NCBI GenBank assembly: GCA_965248535.1
Contig: CBDFJR010000002.1
Span: 640,001-704,000 of the forward strand
Length of the DNA stretch: 64,000 bases
Direction of reading: 5' to 3'
From: Phormidesmis sp.
Lineage (GTDB): Bacteria > Cyanobacteriota > Cyanobacteriia > Leptolyngbyales > Leptolyngbyaceae
Shown here piece by piece: positions 40,214-50,852 of the stretch; within the stretch, counting starts at the first letter, position 1, and each line of letters opens with the position of its first letter. The notes under the pieces were generated by a model. That model made no database searches, was not told where the DNA came from, and saw only the letters and a program-made list of their open reading frames with translations. The position numbers were made by a program, and so were the translations under genes.

Positions 40214-41008
40214 ATGACTCAATCTGCCCTCGATCGTGTCCGAATTATTCTCGTAGAGCCAGCCGGGGCGCTGAATGTCGGCTCGATCGCCCGGATCATG
40301 AAAAATATGGGGCTATCTCACCTAGTGCTCGTGAATCCCCAGTGTGATCCTGGTTCCGCAGAGGCTCGGCAAATGGCAGTCCATGCCGATGATCTGTTAA
40401 GAGCCGCCCAAATTAAACCAACCCTGCCGGAAGCGCTGAGAGGATGTCACCGAGCGATCGCCACGACCGTGCGATCGCGGGCGATCGCTACTTCCCTTGA
40501 GCATCCTAGAGATGCCTTGCCTTGGCTTTTAGAAAACTTTCAAGCAGACGGACAAACCGCCCTGATTTTTGGAGCCGAAGAACGAGGACTGAGCAACGAA
40601 GAACTCAACTGCGCCCAGCGATTTGTCTACATTCCCTCTAGCCCAGTTTATCCGTCACTCAATTTGGCCCAGGCTGTCGCCATCTGCTGCTATGAGTTGT
40701 CTCAAATTCTCAGCGATCAAAACACCTCTACCAGCGCCCTTGTAGACCCTGTAGACCCTGAACCTTCAAGCCCAGCGCCCCTTGACGAAATCGAAGCCTA
40801 TTGTCAGCACCTCGAACGGGTCTTGCTCAAAATCGGCTATCTTCAGCCTCACACTGCTAACAGCCGCATGGAAAAATTTAGGCGACTGCTCAATCGCGCT
40901 TACCCATCGGCGGCAGAAGTCGCTTTATTGCGGGGAGTCTTGCGCCAGGGTGAATGGGCCTTAAACGCCAAAACCCCGCTCTCTGACTCTGACTCAAAAT
41001 CCTTATAA
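40214..41008 (+). CDS. trmJ: SPOUT RNA methyltransferase (TrmJ-like)
   Basis: NVGSIARIMKNMG, FGAEERGLSNEEL, SLNLAQAV. Confidence 0.85.
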   Translation: MTQSALDRVRIILVEPAGALNVGSIARIMKNMGLSHLVLVNPQCDPGSAEARQMAVHADDLLRAAQIKPTLPEALRGCHRAIATTVRSRAIATSLEHPRDALPWLLENFQADGQTALIFGAEERGLSNEELNCAQRFVYIPSSPVYPSLNLAQAVAICCYELSQILSDQNTSTSALVDPVDPEPSSPAPLDEIEAYCQHLERVLLKIGYLQPHTANSRMEKFRRLLNRAYPSAAEVALLRGVLRQGEWALNAKTPLSDSDSKSL

Positions 41009-41236
41009 GCGACCGCTCCGCTAGTCCGATCGCTTAGGAGAGTTGCCGACAGACCTTGAGCAACGATCCTAAATATTTTTACACTGGCTGCCAAATTCGT
41101 TTAACTCATGTAGAATCCCTACATCTGGTGGGTCAAGGCGCTCTTTTGGGTTAACCGTTCCGCAGCTAGAAAGGGATTCTAAAGTGACCGTTCAAACCTT
41201 GTTATTGTTCGCTTTCATAAATCGAGGGTTATCTCA

Positions 41237-42769
41237 ATGCGGGAATCTGGCAACGACTTAAACACGCCACCTGAGAACGATGTCTCAGCCTATCAGCCGG
41301 ATGCGTCTATGCGCTTTGGGAAGAAACTGCCCGCTCCGCGTCAAGCCCCGCCTACGGCTCGTGCTAAAGAGCGGCGATCGCGCAAACTAGAGCCAGTCCG
41401 AGGTCGCAAACCAGCCCCGCTAAATAGAAAAAATCCGGCGGACAATCGGGTGCCTCCTGCTCGCACCGCCCTAAAATTTGACGAAAAACTGAAGTCAGAA
41501 CCCGATCGCCTCAGAGAGCAGCGCGATCGCCGCCGCAACGCCCCAGAGGTGACTTCCTCGGCCGAAAGTCGTCGGCTCAAGCCTGTGCCCAAACCTGTCC
41601 CTCAAAGCACGTCTCAGCGCCGCAGCCGATCGCCTCGCAAACTTTCGATGCTGTCCGCAAACACGCCGCCTCGTCCTCGAACTCGATCGGGCACCGCGAT
41701 CGTCTATGGCACCCGGCTGCTCATTTTAGGCGTTGGCTTGGGAGTTTTAGCCGGAACGATTTTGTCAGCCTGGGACCCGGCCCGCTATTTGACCGCAGGA
41801 GCCGCCCTGTCAGAAAAAACTGAGCAGGCAGCAACGGTTTCTACAACGCCCGATCAGTTGCCAGCGCTAGCGCTAGGGCAGGAGATCTTGCCCTTAAAGA
41901 CTGACATTCAAGCTTTGATTGCCCAGCAGACTCAACTCAGCCCTGGCATGATGATTGTGGATTTAGACAACAATGCTTATCTCAATCTCAACGCCTCAGC
42001 CGCGTTGCCCTGCGCCAGCACGATTAAGCTGCCTGTGTTAGTCGCCTTTTTTCAAGATGTCGATGCCGGAAAAATCCATCTTGACGAACTGTTGACAATG
42101 CGCCCCGACCTAGTAGCGACTGAATCGGGCGAGATGCAATATCAGCCCGTGGGATCGCAATTTACCGCGTTAGAAACGGCGACTAAAATGATCACCGTTA
42201 GCGACAATACAGCCACCAACATTCTGATCGATCGCTTAGGCGGCAAAGATGCGCTGACCCAACGGTTTCAATCATGGGGGCTGACTAGCACCACAATTCG
42301 GAATCTACTACCTGATGTTGAGGGCACCAATACCAGCAGTTCTCAAGATCTCGTGACCATGTTGGGTCTGGTCAGCAACGGAAAATTATTGTCGATGCGA
42401 TCACGCGATCGCATGTTAGACATTCTGCGCCACACCGTCAACAACTCCCTGCTGCCGATCGGGTTGGGCGAAGGCGCGACGATCGCTCACAAAACAGGCA
42501 GCATTGGCACCATGATTGGTGATGTTGGTCTAGTCGATCTGCCCAGCGGCAAGCGCTATTTGATTGCCGCCATGGTCAAGCGACCCCGTGACGATGAGCG
42601 GGCAGAAGAACTGATTCGTCAGGTGTCTCGCCTCACTTATCAATATTTTAGCCAACCCACCCCAACTCAAAACGGCAATTCGGGGCAGCTAAATCCGGCG
42701 TTGAGCAGCCCTCAAACCAGCCCTCAAGGAACCTCTTTGCCGAAAACCAAAGTTGCCCAGCCTAACTGA
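41237..42769 (+). CDS. Class A beta-lactamase-like serine hydrolase with long basic N-terminus and TM anchor
   Basis: ASTIK (SxxK), SDN and HKTG motifs. Confidence 0.88.
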   Translation: MRESGNDLNTPPENDVSAYQPDASMRFGKKLPAPRQAPPTARAKERRSRKLEPVRGRKPAPLNRKNPADNRVPPARTALKFDEKLKSEPDRLREQRDRRRNAPEVTSSAESRRLKPVPKPVPQSTSQRRSRSPRKLSMLSANTPPRPRTRSGTAIVYGTRLLILGVGLGVLAGTILSAWDPARYLTAGAALSEKTEQAATVSTTPDQLPALALGQEILPLKTDIQALIAQQTQLSPGMMIVDLDNNAYLNLNASAALPCASTIKLPVLVAFFQDVDAGKIHLDELLTMRPDLVATESGEMQYQPVGSQFTALETATKMITVSDNTATNILIDRLGGKDALTQRFQSWGLTSTTIRNLLPDVEGTNTSSSQDLVTMLGLVSNGKLLSMRSRDRMLDILRHTVNNSLLPIGLGEGATIAHKTGSIGTMIGDVGLVDLPSGKRYLIAAMVKRPRDDERAEELIRQVSRLTYQYFSQPTPTQNGNSGQLNPALSSPQTSPQGTSLPKTKVAQPN

Positions 42770-43802
42770 TCTCGACTAAGGCAGCTTGCTCAACCTCAGC
42801 CGCTGCCTGCATAGCATCTAGCTGTTGCCAGATTTGATTGAGGAGTGGCTCTAGCCCCGATCGCGTGACCGCAGAAATCTCGAAGACCGGGACTCCTGTC
42901 AATCTTCTGAGGTGAGCCACGATCGCCTCTAGATCTCGATCAGAATCTACCGCGTCAATCTTATTAAGAGCGATGATTTGAGGACGATCGGGCAAGCCAC
43001 GACCGTAGGCGTTTAGCTCTTGAGTGATGGTGTGATAGTCAGCGATCGGATCATCGGATGTAGCATCGACTAAGTGCAGCAGCAATCGAGTCCGTTCAAT
43101 GTGGCGCAAAAAGTCGTGTCCTAGCCCCAAACCCGTGTGTGCGCCCTCAATCAATCCTGGAATGTCTGCAAAGACGGTGCCGTCTCCGGTTGGCTTGCGA
43201 ACCACGCCTAGATTTGGAATCAGTGTGGTGAAGGGATAATCTGCAATCTTGGGACGCGCCGCCGACAGGGCCGAAATCAGCGTCGATTTTCCAGCATTGG
43301 GTAAGCCGATGATCCCGACTTCTGCCAGCAGCTTGAGTTCTAAGCGCAGAAAGCGACCTTCGCCTTCTTGACCCGGCAAGGCTCGTTCGGGAGCGCGGTT
43401 GTGATTGCTGAGAAAGCAGTGATTTCCGGCACCGCCCCGGCCGCCTTTAGCAACGCAAAATATCTGACCGTTTTCGGTGAGATCGCCCATCAGTTCCTCG
43501 GTGTGAGCATCGTAGATCATGGTGCCACACGGCACTTCGATGATCAGATCGTCGGCAGATGCGCCCGTCCGCTTGTTGTTTCCACCTTTTTGCCCGTTTT
43601 CTGCTTTATAGATCCGGTTATAGCGGAAGTCTAGCAGGGTTTGCAGGTCTTCACTCACCTGAAGAATCACAGACCCCCCTCTGCCGCCGTTTCCACCTGA
43701 CGGCCCACCTGCGGGGACATATTTCTCTCGTCGAAAGCCGATGATGCCATCGCCCCCATCCCCCGCCTGAACCTGAATTTCTGCCTGATCGATGAATTGC
43801 AT
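42762..43802 (-). CDS. obgE: GTPase ObgE/CgtA
   Basis: [43 protein letters not shown]. Confidence 0.97.
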   Translation of the reverse strand: MQFIDQAEIQVQAGDGGDGIIGFRREKYVPAGGPSGGNGGRGGSVILQVSEDLQTLLDFRYNRIYKAENGQKGGNNKRTGASADDLIIEVPCGTMIYDAHTEELMGDLTENGQIFCVAKGGRGGAGNHCFLSNHNRAPERALPGQEGEGRFLRLELKLLAEVGIIGLPNAGKSTLISALSAARPKIADYPFTTLIPNLGVVRKPTGDGTVFADIPGLIEGAHTGLGLGHDFLRHIERTRLLLHLVDATSDDPIADYHTITQELNAYGRGLPDRPQIIALNKIDAVDSDRDLEAIVAHLRRLTGVPVFEISAVTRSGLEPLLNQIWQQLDAMQAAAEVEQAALVEIS

Positions 43803-44078
43803 GACCCTAAACTCTGAAGCCCTCTGTATTGATCTTAAGTGCCTAAGCTCATCTTGGGTTAGCTCAGAGAAACTTAGGGAATGACCATTATAAGGTGAAA
43901 CTCTGAATTGTTTTAGGTGGGAGGGGGTTGGCGATCGCAAGTCGGCGCACAAGGGTGCCCTGCAAACCGATGACTCGGTTCGATAGGGGGTTCTGTCTAT
44001 CGCCTCCACCAAACGCTACTATCCGAAAAGAATTGTCCGAAGTGTTTATCAAAGAGATGGGTCTAAAACCCCGTCTTT

Positions 44079-44480
44079 CTAAGAGGGCTTTTCTTGTTCT
44101 CTAATGTACTGCTTAAGAATCTCAATAGGTGCGCCTCCAACGGAGCTAACAAAGTAGCTAGGACTCCATAGAGCATCTTTACCATAGGGTTTAGGGTATC
44201 CAGCCTGACCATAGCGACGGCTTGACACTCCTTTAAGGACATTGACTATTTGCGAGATAGACAACTTTGGTGGGTATTCAATCAATGCGTGAACGTGATC
44301 CGTCTCACCCTTAATTTCTCTAATTGAAAAGTCCATTTTTCTAGCCACTTCCTTAAACGATGTCTCTATCACCGCTAGGCTCTCAGCACTCAGAATCTTG
44401 CATCGATATTTAGTAACACAGACCAAATGTATTTGCAAATCTGAAATACTATGTCTTTCTCTCCGAAATTGGGTTGCCAT
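44079..44480 (-). CDS. tnpA: IS200-type Y1 HUH transposase TnpA
   Basis: HLVCVTKYR, DHVH (HUH), LKGVSSR, LWSPSYF, YIREQ. Confidence 0.95.
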   Translation of the reverse strand: MATQFRRERHSISDLQIHLVCVTKYRCKILSAESLAVIETSFKEVARKMDFSIREIKGETDHVHALIEYPPKLSISQIVNVLKGVSSRRYGQAGYPKPYGKDALWSPSYFVSSVGGAPIEILKQYIREQEKPS

Positions 44481-44531
44481 TCGCTGTAGACCAACATATA
44501 ACTAAGTAACAGACCAATTTTAACACAGGCA

Positions 44532-45713
44532 ATGAAAGCTAGATATCAGTGCCGATTCTACCCGACAGACCAACAGCAACAGAGTTTAGCTCAGTTGTTT
44601 GGTTGTGTTCGCGTAGTTTGGAACGATGCACTAGCTCTCAGCAAAAAAGACAAATACCCTGGATTCAACAAGCTTTCAGCAATCCTCACTCAGTCCAAAA
44701 AGACTGTAGAAAGAGAATGGCTGAAAGGGGTTTCTTCTGTGCCGTTGCAGCAATCCCTTAAAAACTTAGATACAGCTTACAAAAACTATTTTGATTCCCT
44801 AAAAGGGAAGAGAAAAGGTAAAAAGTTAAGCTCTCCTAAGTTTAAGAAGAGAACCAATTCTCAGTCTGCAACGTTTGTCAAATCAGGTTTTTCAATCACA
44901 GATGAATCTGTCTATCTGGCTAAGATTGGCAACTTAACGCCTATATGGTCTAGAGAATTGCCGTCTGAACCTAGTTCAGTAACAGTGATTAAAGATTGTG
45001 CAGACCGCTATTTTCTCAGCTTTGTGGTAGACGTTGAACCCGTTCAAATCGATGCTGAAAACCAAAGTATCGGAATTGATTTAGGGATCAAAACGTTTGC
45101 GGTCATGAGCAATGGTGAAAAGGCTTTCAGTCCTGACTATTCAGCATTAGATCGCAGAGTTCGCAAACTTCAGAAGAAACTAGCACGTCAGCAAAAAGGT
45201 TCAAATCGCAGAAACGGAACTCGGATACAGATTGCCAGGCTGCATAACCAGATTACAGACAATCGAAAAGACTTCCTTCACAAACTATCAACTAAAATCG
45301 TTAACGAGAATCAAGCTATTGTTTTAGAAGATCTAAATGTGTCTGGCATGGTTAAAAATCGCAAGCTTGCTAGATCAATCAGCTTGCAAGGTTGGAGAGA
45401 GTTTAGAACTCTCTGTGAGGCTAAGTCTAAGAAGTTTGGTAGGACGTTCACGGTGATCAGCCGATGGGAGCCGACTAGCCAAATCTGCTCAGATTGTGGT
45501 TTCAAATGGGGCAAGCTCGATCTAAAAGTTCGGTCGGTCAAATGCCTAAACTGTGGCACTGAACACGACCGAGATGAGAACGCTGCGAAGAATATAAACA
45601 AAGTCGGGATGGGGAATCGCCACGACTCTAAACGGACGCTGAGGGATTGTAAGACTGCTTCGGTAGCGAACCCCAATGAAGCGTCAAGAATCACTGCGGC
45701 TTTAGCCCGGTGA
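44532..45713 (+). CDS. tnpB: RNA-guided endonuclease TnpB
   Basis: RFYPT..Q HTH; RuvC residues in GIDLG, LEDL and DRDENAA; CSDC/CLNC zinc ribbon. Confidence 0.95.
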   Translation: MKARYQCRFYPTDQQQQSLAQLFGCVRVVWNDALALSKKDKYPGFNKLSAILTQSKKTVEREWLKGVSSVPLQQSLKNLDTAYKNYFDSLKGKRKGKKLSSPKFKKRTNSQSATFVKSGFSITDESVYLAKIGNLTPIWSRELPSEPSSVTVIKDCADRYFLSFVVDVEPVQIDAENQSIGIDLGIKTFAVMSNGEKAFSPDYSALDRRVRKLQKKLARQQKGSNRRNGTRIQIARLHNQITDNRKDFLHKLSTKIVNENQAIVLEDLNVSGMVKNRKLARSISLQGWREFRTLCEAKSKKFGRTFTVISRWEPTSQICSDCGFKWGKLDLKVRSVKCLNCGTEHDRDENAAKNINKVGMGNRHDSKRTLRDCKTASVANPNEASRITAALAR

Positions 45714-45724
45714 GTATTTCAAGG

Positions 45725-47062
45725 TTAAACCTCTATTTTGAGACGAGCAGGCTGACTCGTCACTTCAAACATTTCCCCGTGAGGCACGATCGTGATCTGT
45801 CCAAATTCTTTGAGCAAGTCGCGATAGGCCTGAGCCACCGGGCGCGGATTGCGATCTAAATCGTATAGACCACAGGGATTGACGGTGCCTTTTTTCTCAG
45901 CCAGTTCGATATCCCAATCGATTTGATCAATCAGGCTATACCAGGTGAACCCCAATACAGGAATGCCATCTTGTCGCATTCGCAGCACATTGATCCACTG
46001 CTTCCACAGCCAGCAGGGGGCTTTTTCAGCGTCTAGCACATTGGTCTCTGTGTGCATGACGGGTTTGCGATAGCGATCGTAATACTCTCTCGTGATCTGA
46101 TACCAGCCCAAGACATCTTCACCCTGACATAGGCTGCCATCGGGCAAGAGAATTTTCTCGTTGCGGCCATAATAATCGTTGCCCATCACCTGATAGCCCG
46201 GCGGCTCACCCACCATAAACCAATCATATTCAGCGCGAGTCAAACCATTGTCGAGCAGATACATACACACATCTGCGTCGGGCGGAAACGCATAGAGCAG
46301 ATCCAACGACAGAAAGCGTAGTTTGTTGAGTAACGTCACTTCTGGAGATTGCGCCGAGCAGGCCTCATGGACATATTCAGCGCTTTCACTTTGCACCACG
46401 ACCAGATCAGGACGGCGCTGGGCTAGGCTTTGAGTGCCCAAAATGCTGGCCGCAACAATGTGCTTCATCGCTGTGACAAACCCCCGATCGCTCTTGAGTT
46501 GCTCGTTCCACACGCCATCTTTGGCGCTGGCTCTGGCCGTCACATAAATCTCATTCACGGGGGTATAGTAGCGCACCCAGGGATAGCGATCGGCAACAGC
46601 AGCGCAATAGTCTGCAAAGTGAATGGGCAGTTCGGGGTTTTGAAAATTGCCCAACCAATCAGGAACGCCAAAGTGCATCAAGTCGAGAATGGGCGTGATC
46701 TCTAGTCGCTGCATTTCTCGCATGACTTCATCGGCAAAGCTCCAGTCATAGCGACCTGCGTCGAGGTGAATGCGATGATAAGGTAAGCCATATCGCAAGA
46801 CGTTTAAGCCTAGATCTTTAACCAGTTGTAAATCTTTTTGCCAGTATTGATAGTGATGACACTCTTCCAATTCATCGCGGCGAGTTTTTCCGTGATTGAT
46901 TGTGGGATAGGAGCATTCTATTCCCGTTGCAAACATAAAGTTTCCGGCGCGGGTGCTGGGTTGCCCTTGTCCGGTTGATCCGGCTGCGCCGCCGTTATTA
47001 TCACCGGGATATTGATGATCGCCATAGCGTTTCTGAATCTGATCTAAAAATCCTGCTGTCAC
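45725..47062 (-). CDS. Glycoside hydrolase family 1-like protein
   Basis: FATGIECS, LRYG, DLMHFGVPDW, TPVNE (acid/base), HTETN (nucleophile), GFTWYSL.DQ.DW. Confidence 0.85.
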   Translation of the reverse strand: MTAGFLDQIQKRYGDHQYPGDNNGGAAGSTGQGQPSTRAGNFMFATGIECSYPTINHGKTRRDELEECHHYQYWQKDLQLVKDLGLNVLRYGLPYHRIHLDAGRYDWSFADEVMREMQRLEITPILDLMHFGVPDWLGNFQNPELPIHFADYCAAVADRYPWVRYYTPVNEIYVTARASAKDGVWNEQLKSDRGFVTAMKHIVAASILGTQSLAQRRPDLVVVQSESAEYVHEACSAQSPEVTLLNKLRFLSLDLLYAFPPDADVCMYLLDNGLTRAEYDWFMVGEPPGYQVMGNDYYGRNEKILLPDGSLCQGEDVLGWYQITREYYDRYRKPVMHTETNVLDAEKAPCWLWKQWINVLRMRQDGIPVLGFTWYSLIDQIDWDIELAEKKGTVNPCGLYDLDRNPRPVAQAYRDLLKEFGQITIVPHGEMFEVTSQPARLKIEV

Positions 47063-47074
47063 TTAAATTAGTCC

Positions 47075-49279
47075 TTATCGGTTGTGTTGAAGAAAGCGAT
47101 CGGCAACCCGCAGCGAGAGGGCCATTAGCGTCAAAGCAGGGTTTACACTCAGCGCACTGGGAAAGATGGAGTTGTCCATAATATAGAGATTGGGCACATC
47201 GAAGGATTTGCCGTCAGCATCTACAACGGACTGAGTCGGATCGGTGCCCATGCGACACGTCCCGATCGTGTGAGCGCTGCGCTGAAAGGCCCAGAGATTT
47301 TGCCCGCCTGCCGTCTCCCAAATTTGCCGCATCAGCGACTCTGCGTGGGTGATCATGCGGTGCTCGTTTTCGCCGTTAGTGAAATGAATGCGAGGTTTTG
47401 GCAGGCCCCGATCGTCCCGTTCGTCAGACAGTTCTAAATAGTTGTGCTCATAGGGAAGACAGTCTCCCAAAATATTAATCCCGGCGGTGTGATTGTAGTT
47501 GAGCAAGTGAGAATGCAGGCGATCGCCCCACCAGCCTGTTCCTCTCGCGACCTGGGAGGCATAGGTGACGGGCATCACACCAATGCTTTGCAGCAAGTAG
47601 CCGCCCGCAAAGTCTGCGTCTTTAGGGCGGTGAGTGTCTTCTGAAATCAGCCCACCGGGGATGCCTTTATAAGGTCTAACGTCTTCAGGAAATTGCCCCC
47701 ACACCTGCACACCAGGATGGGCCATAAAGTTGCGTCCGACCTGACCGCTAGAGTTGGCGAGGTTGTTTAGCAACAGCAGTCGGGGAGTCTCGATCGCGCC
47801 TGCACACAAAAACACGGTTCGGCAAGGTTGGCGCTTTTCTTCGCCTGCCTGCACATAAATTACGGCGGTGATGCGATCGTCAGCATCTCGCTCAAACCGT
47901 GTCACAAAGCACTGCGATCGCACCTCTGCCCCGTGCTGCATCGCCAGCGGAATGAAGGTGACATCCATGCTGGCTTTTGCGCCTGTGGTGCAGCCTGCCT
48001 GACAAAAACCGCGATTGGTGCAGGCGGCTCTCCAACCTACACCGGGCTGAAAATAAGGCGCAGAGAGCGCAGCATTGGCGGCAGCAGAAGTCCGAATTCC
48101 CAGACCTTCACAGCCTCGCTGCATCAGTTGGGCAGCTCCATTGAGCGGCAGCGCCGGGAGGGGATAGGGCAAACGATCGGGTTCCCATTCATAAGGAGAG
48201 GCCCCAGAGACTCCTAGAAAGCTCTCGACTTCTTCATAGTAGGGTTTTAGATCTTCATAGCCGATGGCCCAGTCTACCCCCACTCCAAAGTCTCGATAGA
48301 GATGAAAGTCATCCGGGTGAGGTCGGGGCACATAGGCAGTGTAGTGCAGGGTAGAGCCACCTACACCGATGCCAGAATTGTTGTTGCCAAAGGCGATCGG
48401 GTCACCTCCAGCGCTAAGTCGCTCATCTCGCCAGAAAAGCTGGGACTGCGATCGCTCATCGGTAGCAAAATCCTCTGCCGGGTTCCAGTGCTTACCCGCT
48501 TCTAGGGCGACGACGCTGAGTCCGGCTTGGGCCAGCCGTGCGAGCAAAGGGGCCCCACCTGCGCCTGTGCCAATGACAACAGCATCGACCACATCACTGG
48601 TTCCATAGCGTTGTAACGAGTTTATTTCCTGAACTATAAATTGCGTTGGCACTCGCGTTGGTGATTCTGTCAGCGATGAGTGAATTACTTTTCCGCTCTG
48701 TGGTTCCCAAGATTCCAGTTGGTTGAGTTCGATCGCTTGCCAACCCGTTGCATCGGCCATTCCTACATAGCCAATTTCCTCTTGCGCTAGGGGATGGCTA
48801 TAGTAAGTTTCGGTGAGTTCAGTCAACAGTTCTTCAAAGTAGCGATCGCAGGGCATGGTTTCCCAAGTCTTTCCGGGTGCTTTACCTTGCTGAACTGCGA
48901 TTAGTACTCGGTCTTGTTCTGACGTAGACAGAGCCGCAAACCCTTGACCAAAGAGAATCCTAGCGCTTTCTTCTACTCCAATCAATCCCGTCTGATGGGC
49001 GATTGGGTCAGGGGGCATCGTGTTATAACGCCAGCCATCTCCGGTGCCCTTGGTCAATCGTTGATCGAGGGCACCTGCCAAGTCGATTCCGTGAGACTGA
49101 GCAATTAAGCGGTCGGCTACTGCCTGCAAAGTTGCAAGCGATTCCTCGCTAAAAAAACTGGGTTCTGAGACTGGTTTTTCAGCTAGCCTTGCGTTGAGCA
49201 CCTCCTTGGTTTTGGACGTGATTTGCGATGTCTCTAGAAGCGATCGCACGGTGCCAGATGGATAAGGACTTTGTTCCAT
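47075..49279 (-). CDS. GMC oxidoreductase with N-terminal gluconate-2-dehydrogenase subunit-3-like domain
   Basis: N-domain (LQAVADRLI, YYSHP....IGY.G); GTGAGG FAD motif, GVGGSTLHY, CTNRGFC..GC, HTIGTCRMG, NPALT. Confidence 0.88.
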   Translation of the reverse strand: MEQSPYPSGTVRSLLETSQITSKTKEVLNARLAEKPVSEPSFFSEESLATLQAVADRLIAQSHGIDLAGALDQRLTKGTGDGWRYNTMPPDPIAHQTGLIGVEESARILFGQGFAALSTSEQDRVLIAVQQGKAPGKTWETMPCDRYFEELLTELTETYYSHPLAQEEIGYVGMADATGWQAIELNQLESWEPQSGKVIHSSLTESPTRVPTQFIVQEINSLQRYGTSDVVDAVVIGTGAGGAPLLARLAQAGLSVVALEAGKHWNPAEDFATDERSQSQLFWRDERLSAGGDPIAFGNNNSGIGVGGSTLHYTAYVPRPHPDDFHLYRDFGVGVDWAIGYEDLKPYYEEVESFLGVSGASPYEWEPDRLPYPLPALPLNGAAQLMQRGCEGLGIRTSAAANAALSAPYFQPGVGWRAACTNRGFCQAGCTTGAKASMDVTFIPLAMQHGAEVRSQCFVTRFERDADDRITAVIYVQAGEEKRQPCRTVFLCAGAIETPRLLLLNNLANSSGQVGRNFMAHPGVQVWGQFPEDVRPYKGIPGGLISEDTHRPKDADFAGGYLLQSIGVMPVTYASQVARGTGWWGDRLHSHLLNYNHTAGINILGDCLPYEHNYLELSDERDDRGLPKPRIHFTNGENEHRMITHAESLMRQIWETAGGQNLWAFQRSAHTIGTCRMGTDPTQSVVDADGKSFDVPNLYIMDNSIFPSALSVNPALTLMALSLRVADRFLQHNR

Positions 49280-49337
49280 AATTAAGGTCTGCTAAAGAAC
49301 TAAGCCCCAAGTTAGGTGAACGCCAGAAAAGAGCCGA

Positions 49338-50210
49338 TCAACCGCTCGACAGTTTGCCCCCGGTCACTTCGACAATGCTGCCCGTCATGAAGCTTGAGTC
49401 TTGCGACGCGAGAAAAACATAAGCGGGCGCAAGTTCTTCGGGCTGACCAGGGCGACCCATGGCAACCTCGTGCCCAAAGTTTTCGACTTCCTCGATCGGC
49501 ATCGTCCCTGGAATATTCGGAGTCCAAACCGGGCCGGGAGCGACTGCATTAACGCGAATTTTACGCGGGCCTAAATTCAGCGCTAATGCTTTTGTGAACG
49601 CATGAATAGCCCCTTTGCTAGCACAATAATCAATCAGCATTTCATTGCCGACTAACCCAACAATGCTGCCTGTGTTAATGATGGCATCGGCTTCTTTAAG
49701 ATGGGGCAACGCGGCTTTTGCCATGTAGAAATAGCCAAAAATATTGGTTTCGAGGGTGCGGCGAAACTGCTCTTCGCTGAGGTCTTCAAACTGCTTTTGC
49801 GCCATCTGATAAGCCGCATTGTTGACCAAAATATTCAGTCCACCCAATTCAGTCACTACTCGATCGACGGCGTGACGGCAGTCTTCGGACTGACGCACAT
49901 CGCCCTTGATCGCCAGACAGCGTTGCCCTTTTGATTGCACCATTTCACAAGTTGTTGCCGCGTCCTCTTCGTTCTCGTTATAAAAAATAGCTAAGTCGGC
50001 TCCCTCCATCGCAAACGCGATCGCTACCGCTCGGCCAATTCCAGAGTCTCCCCCTGTCACGAGAGCAACTTTGCCCCGGAGTTTTCCGGCGGGCAGATAG
50101 TTAGACAAATCGCTGTCGGGCGCAGGCAGCATATCTTTTTGACTAGCAGGGTAAGGCAGCTTCTGCCCCGCAATCTGCTCAGAGGTTGGACGAAACTCTT
50201 GACTTTTCAT
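49338..50210 (-). CDS. SDR oxidoreductase (general-stress YdaD/YhxC-like)
   Basis: TGGDSGIGRA, NNAA, YCASK, NAVAPGPVWTP. Confidence 0.9.
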   Translation of the reverse strand: MKSQEFRPTSEQIAGQKLPYPASQKDMLPAPDSDLSNYLPAGKLRGKVALVTGGDSGIGRAVAIAFAMEGADLAIFYNENEEDAATTCEMVQSKGQRCLAIKGDVRQSEDCRHAVDRVVTELGGLNILVNNAAYQMAQKQFEDLSEEQFRRTLETNIFGYFYMAKAALPHLKEADAIINTGSIVGLVGNEMLIDYCASKGAIHAFTKALALNLGPRKIRVNAVAPGPVWTPNIPGTMPIEEVENFGHEVAMGRPGQPEELAPAYVFLASQDSSFMTGSIVEVTGGKLSSG

Positions 50211-50565
50211 AGGTTTAATTTATTTGAGCGTTAGTGCTATCTCAGACTGATGTTGTTCCGGTTAAGTTTTTCTCAATAAAGTCGTTAGTCAAATGAACTA
50301 AATCATTTCTTAAAGCGCTGTCTATGCTCTGAACTTAGTGTATTTCTACTCTCCATAATGGTTTCTGCAACCGTTGTAGGTAGCGTACATAAAACCTTCA
50401 TTAAGTGAATCTCTCTGGCGTAAGCGCAGTGTGCAGCGACTTGCTAATCGCTGTAGTCTATCTAAGATTAGGCTGAGTGAAGTAATGTGAACTCTATCGA
50501 TCGGAGGACTTTGCCTGTAGAGAATGACCCCGATCGGGTTGAAGTTCAGTCAGAAAATTTCCATT

Positions 50566-50597
50566 AAAAAAGCCCTCAACCCATTGGCTGAGGACTT
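50566..50597 (-). terminator. Terminator after the tRNA
   Basis: Minus strand AAGTCCTCAGCC...GGTTGAGGGC followed by a T-run. Confidence 0.65.
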
Positions 50598-50604
50598 ATC
50601 GATT

Positions 50605-50681
<77 letters not shown>

Positions 50682-50701
50682 TCGCTTTGTTCGACTCATC
50701 T

Positions 50702-50731
50702 AATATAGCGCTAAGTTATCAGTTTTGACAA
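50702..50731 (-). promoter_or_regulatory. Sigma70-like promoter for the tRNA
   Basis: TTGTCA-N18-TATATT upstream of the tRNA. Confidence 0.5.
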
Positions 50732-50852
50732 GCTGTTTTCAAAATCAAGCTAAATTCAACCAGGTAGAGCCACAAAACAGCCTGACAGCACGCAAAAAAC
50801 GGCGTAACGTGGATAGATAACCGCTCGATCGTTCTTTCACCCCTCACCTCGC

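Larger units (their letters stand above)
44050..45722 (+). mobile_element. IS200/IS605-family element (divergent tnpA and tnpB), apparently complete
   Basis: Begins right after TTTAT (44045-44049). Left hairpin CCCGTCTTTCTAAGAGGG; right hairpin TCACTGCGGCTTTAGCCCGGTGA; terminal TCAA at 45719-45722. AT-richer than flanks, and no HIP1 seen inside. Confidence 0.88.

Noticed and set aside
43975..44012. GGTTCGA...CGCCTCCACCA as a tRNA/tmRNA 3' fragment (att site)
   Set aside because: The spacing does not fit a T-arm plus acceptor stem, it is on the opposite strand to tRNA-fMet, and it does not match its sequence.
43803..44012. N-terminal extension of ObgE in the ORF track (similar over-extensions for sfsA, rbp, tatA and DUF1565)
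   Set aside because: Family homology begins at downstream starts; the extensions are open frame in intergenic DNA.
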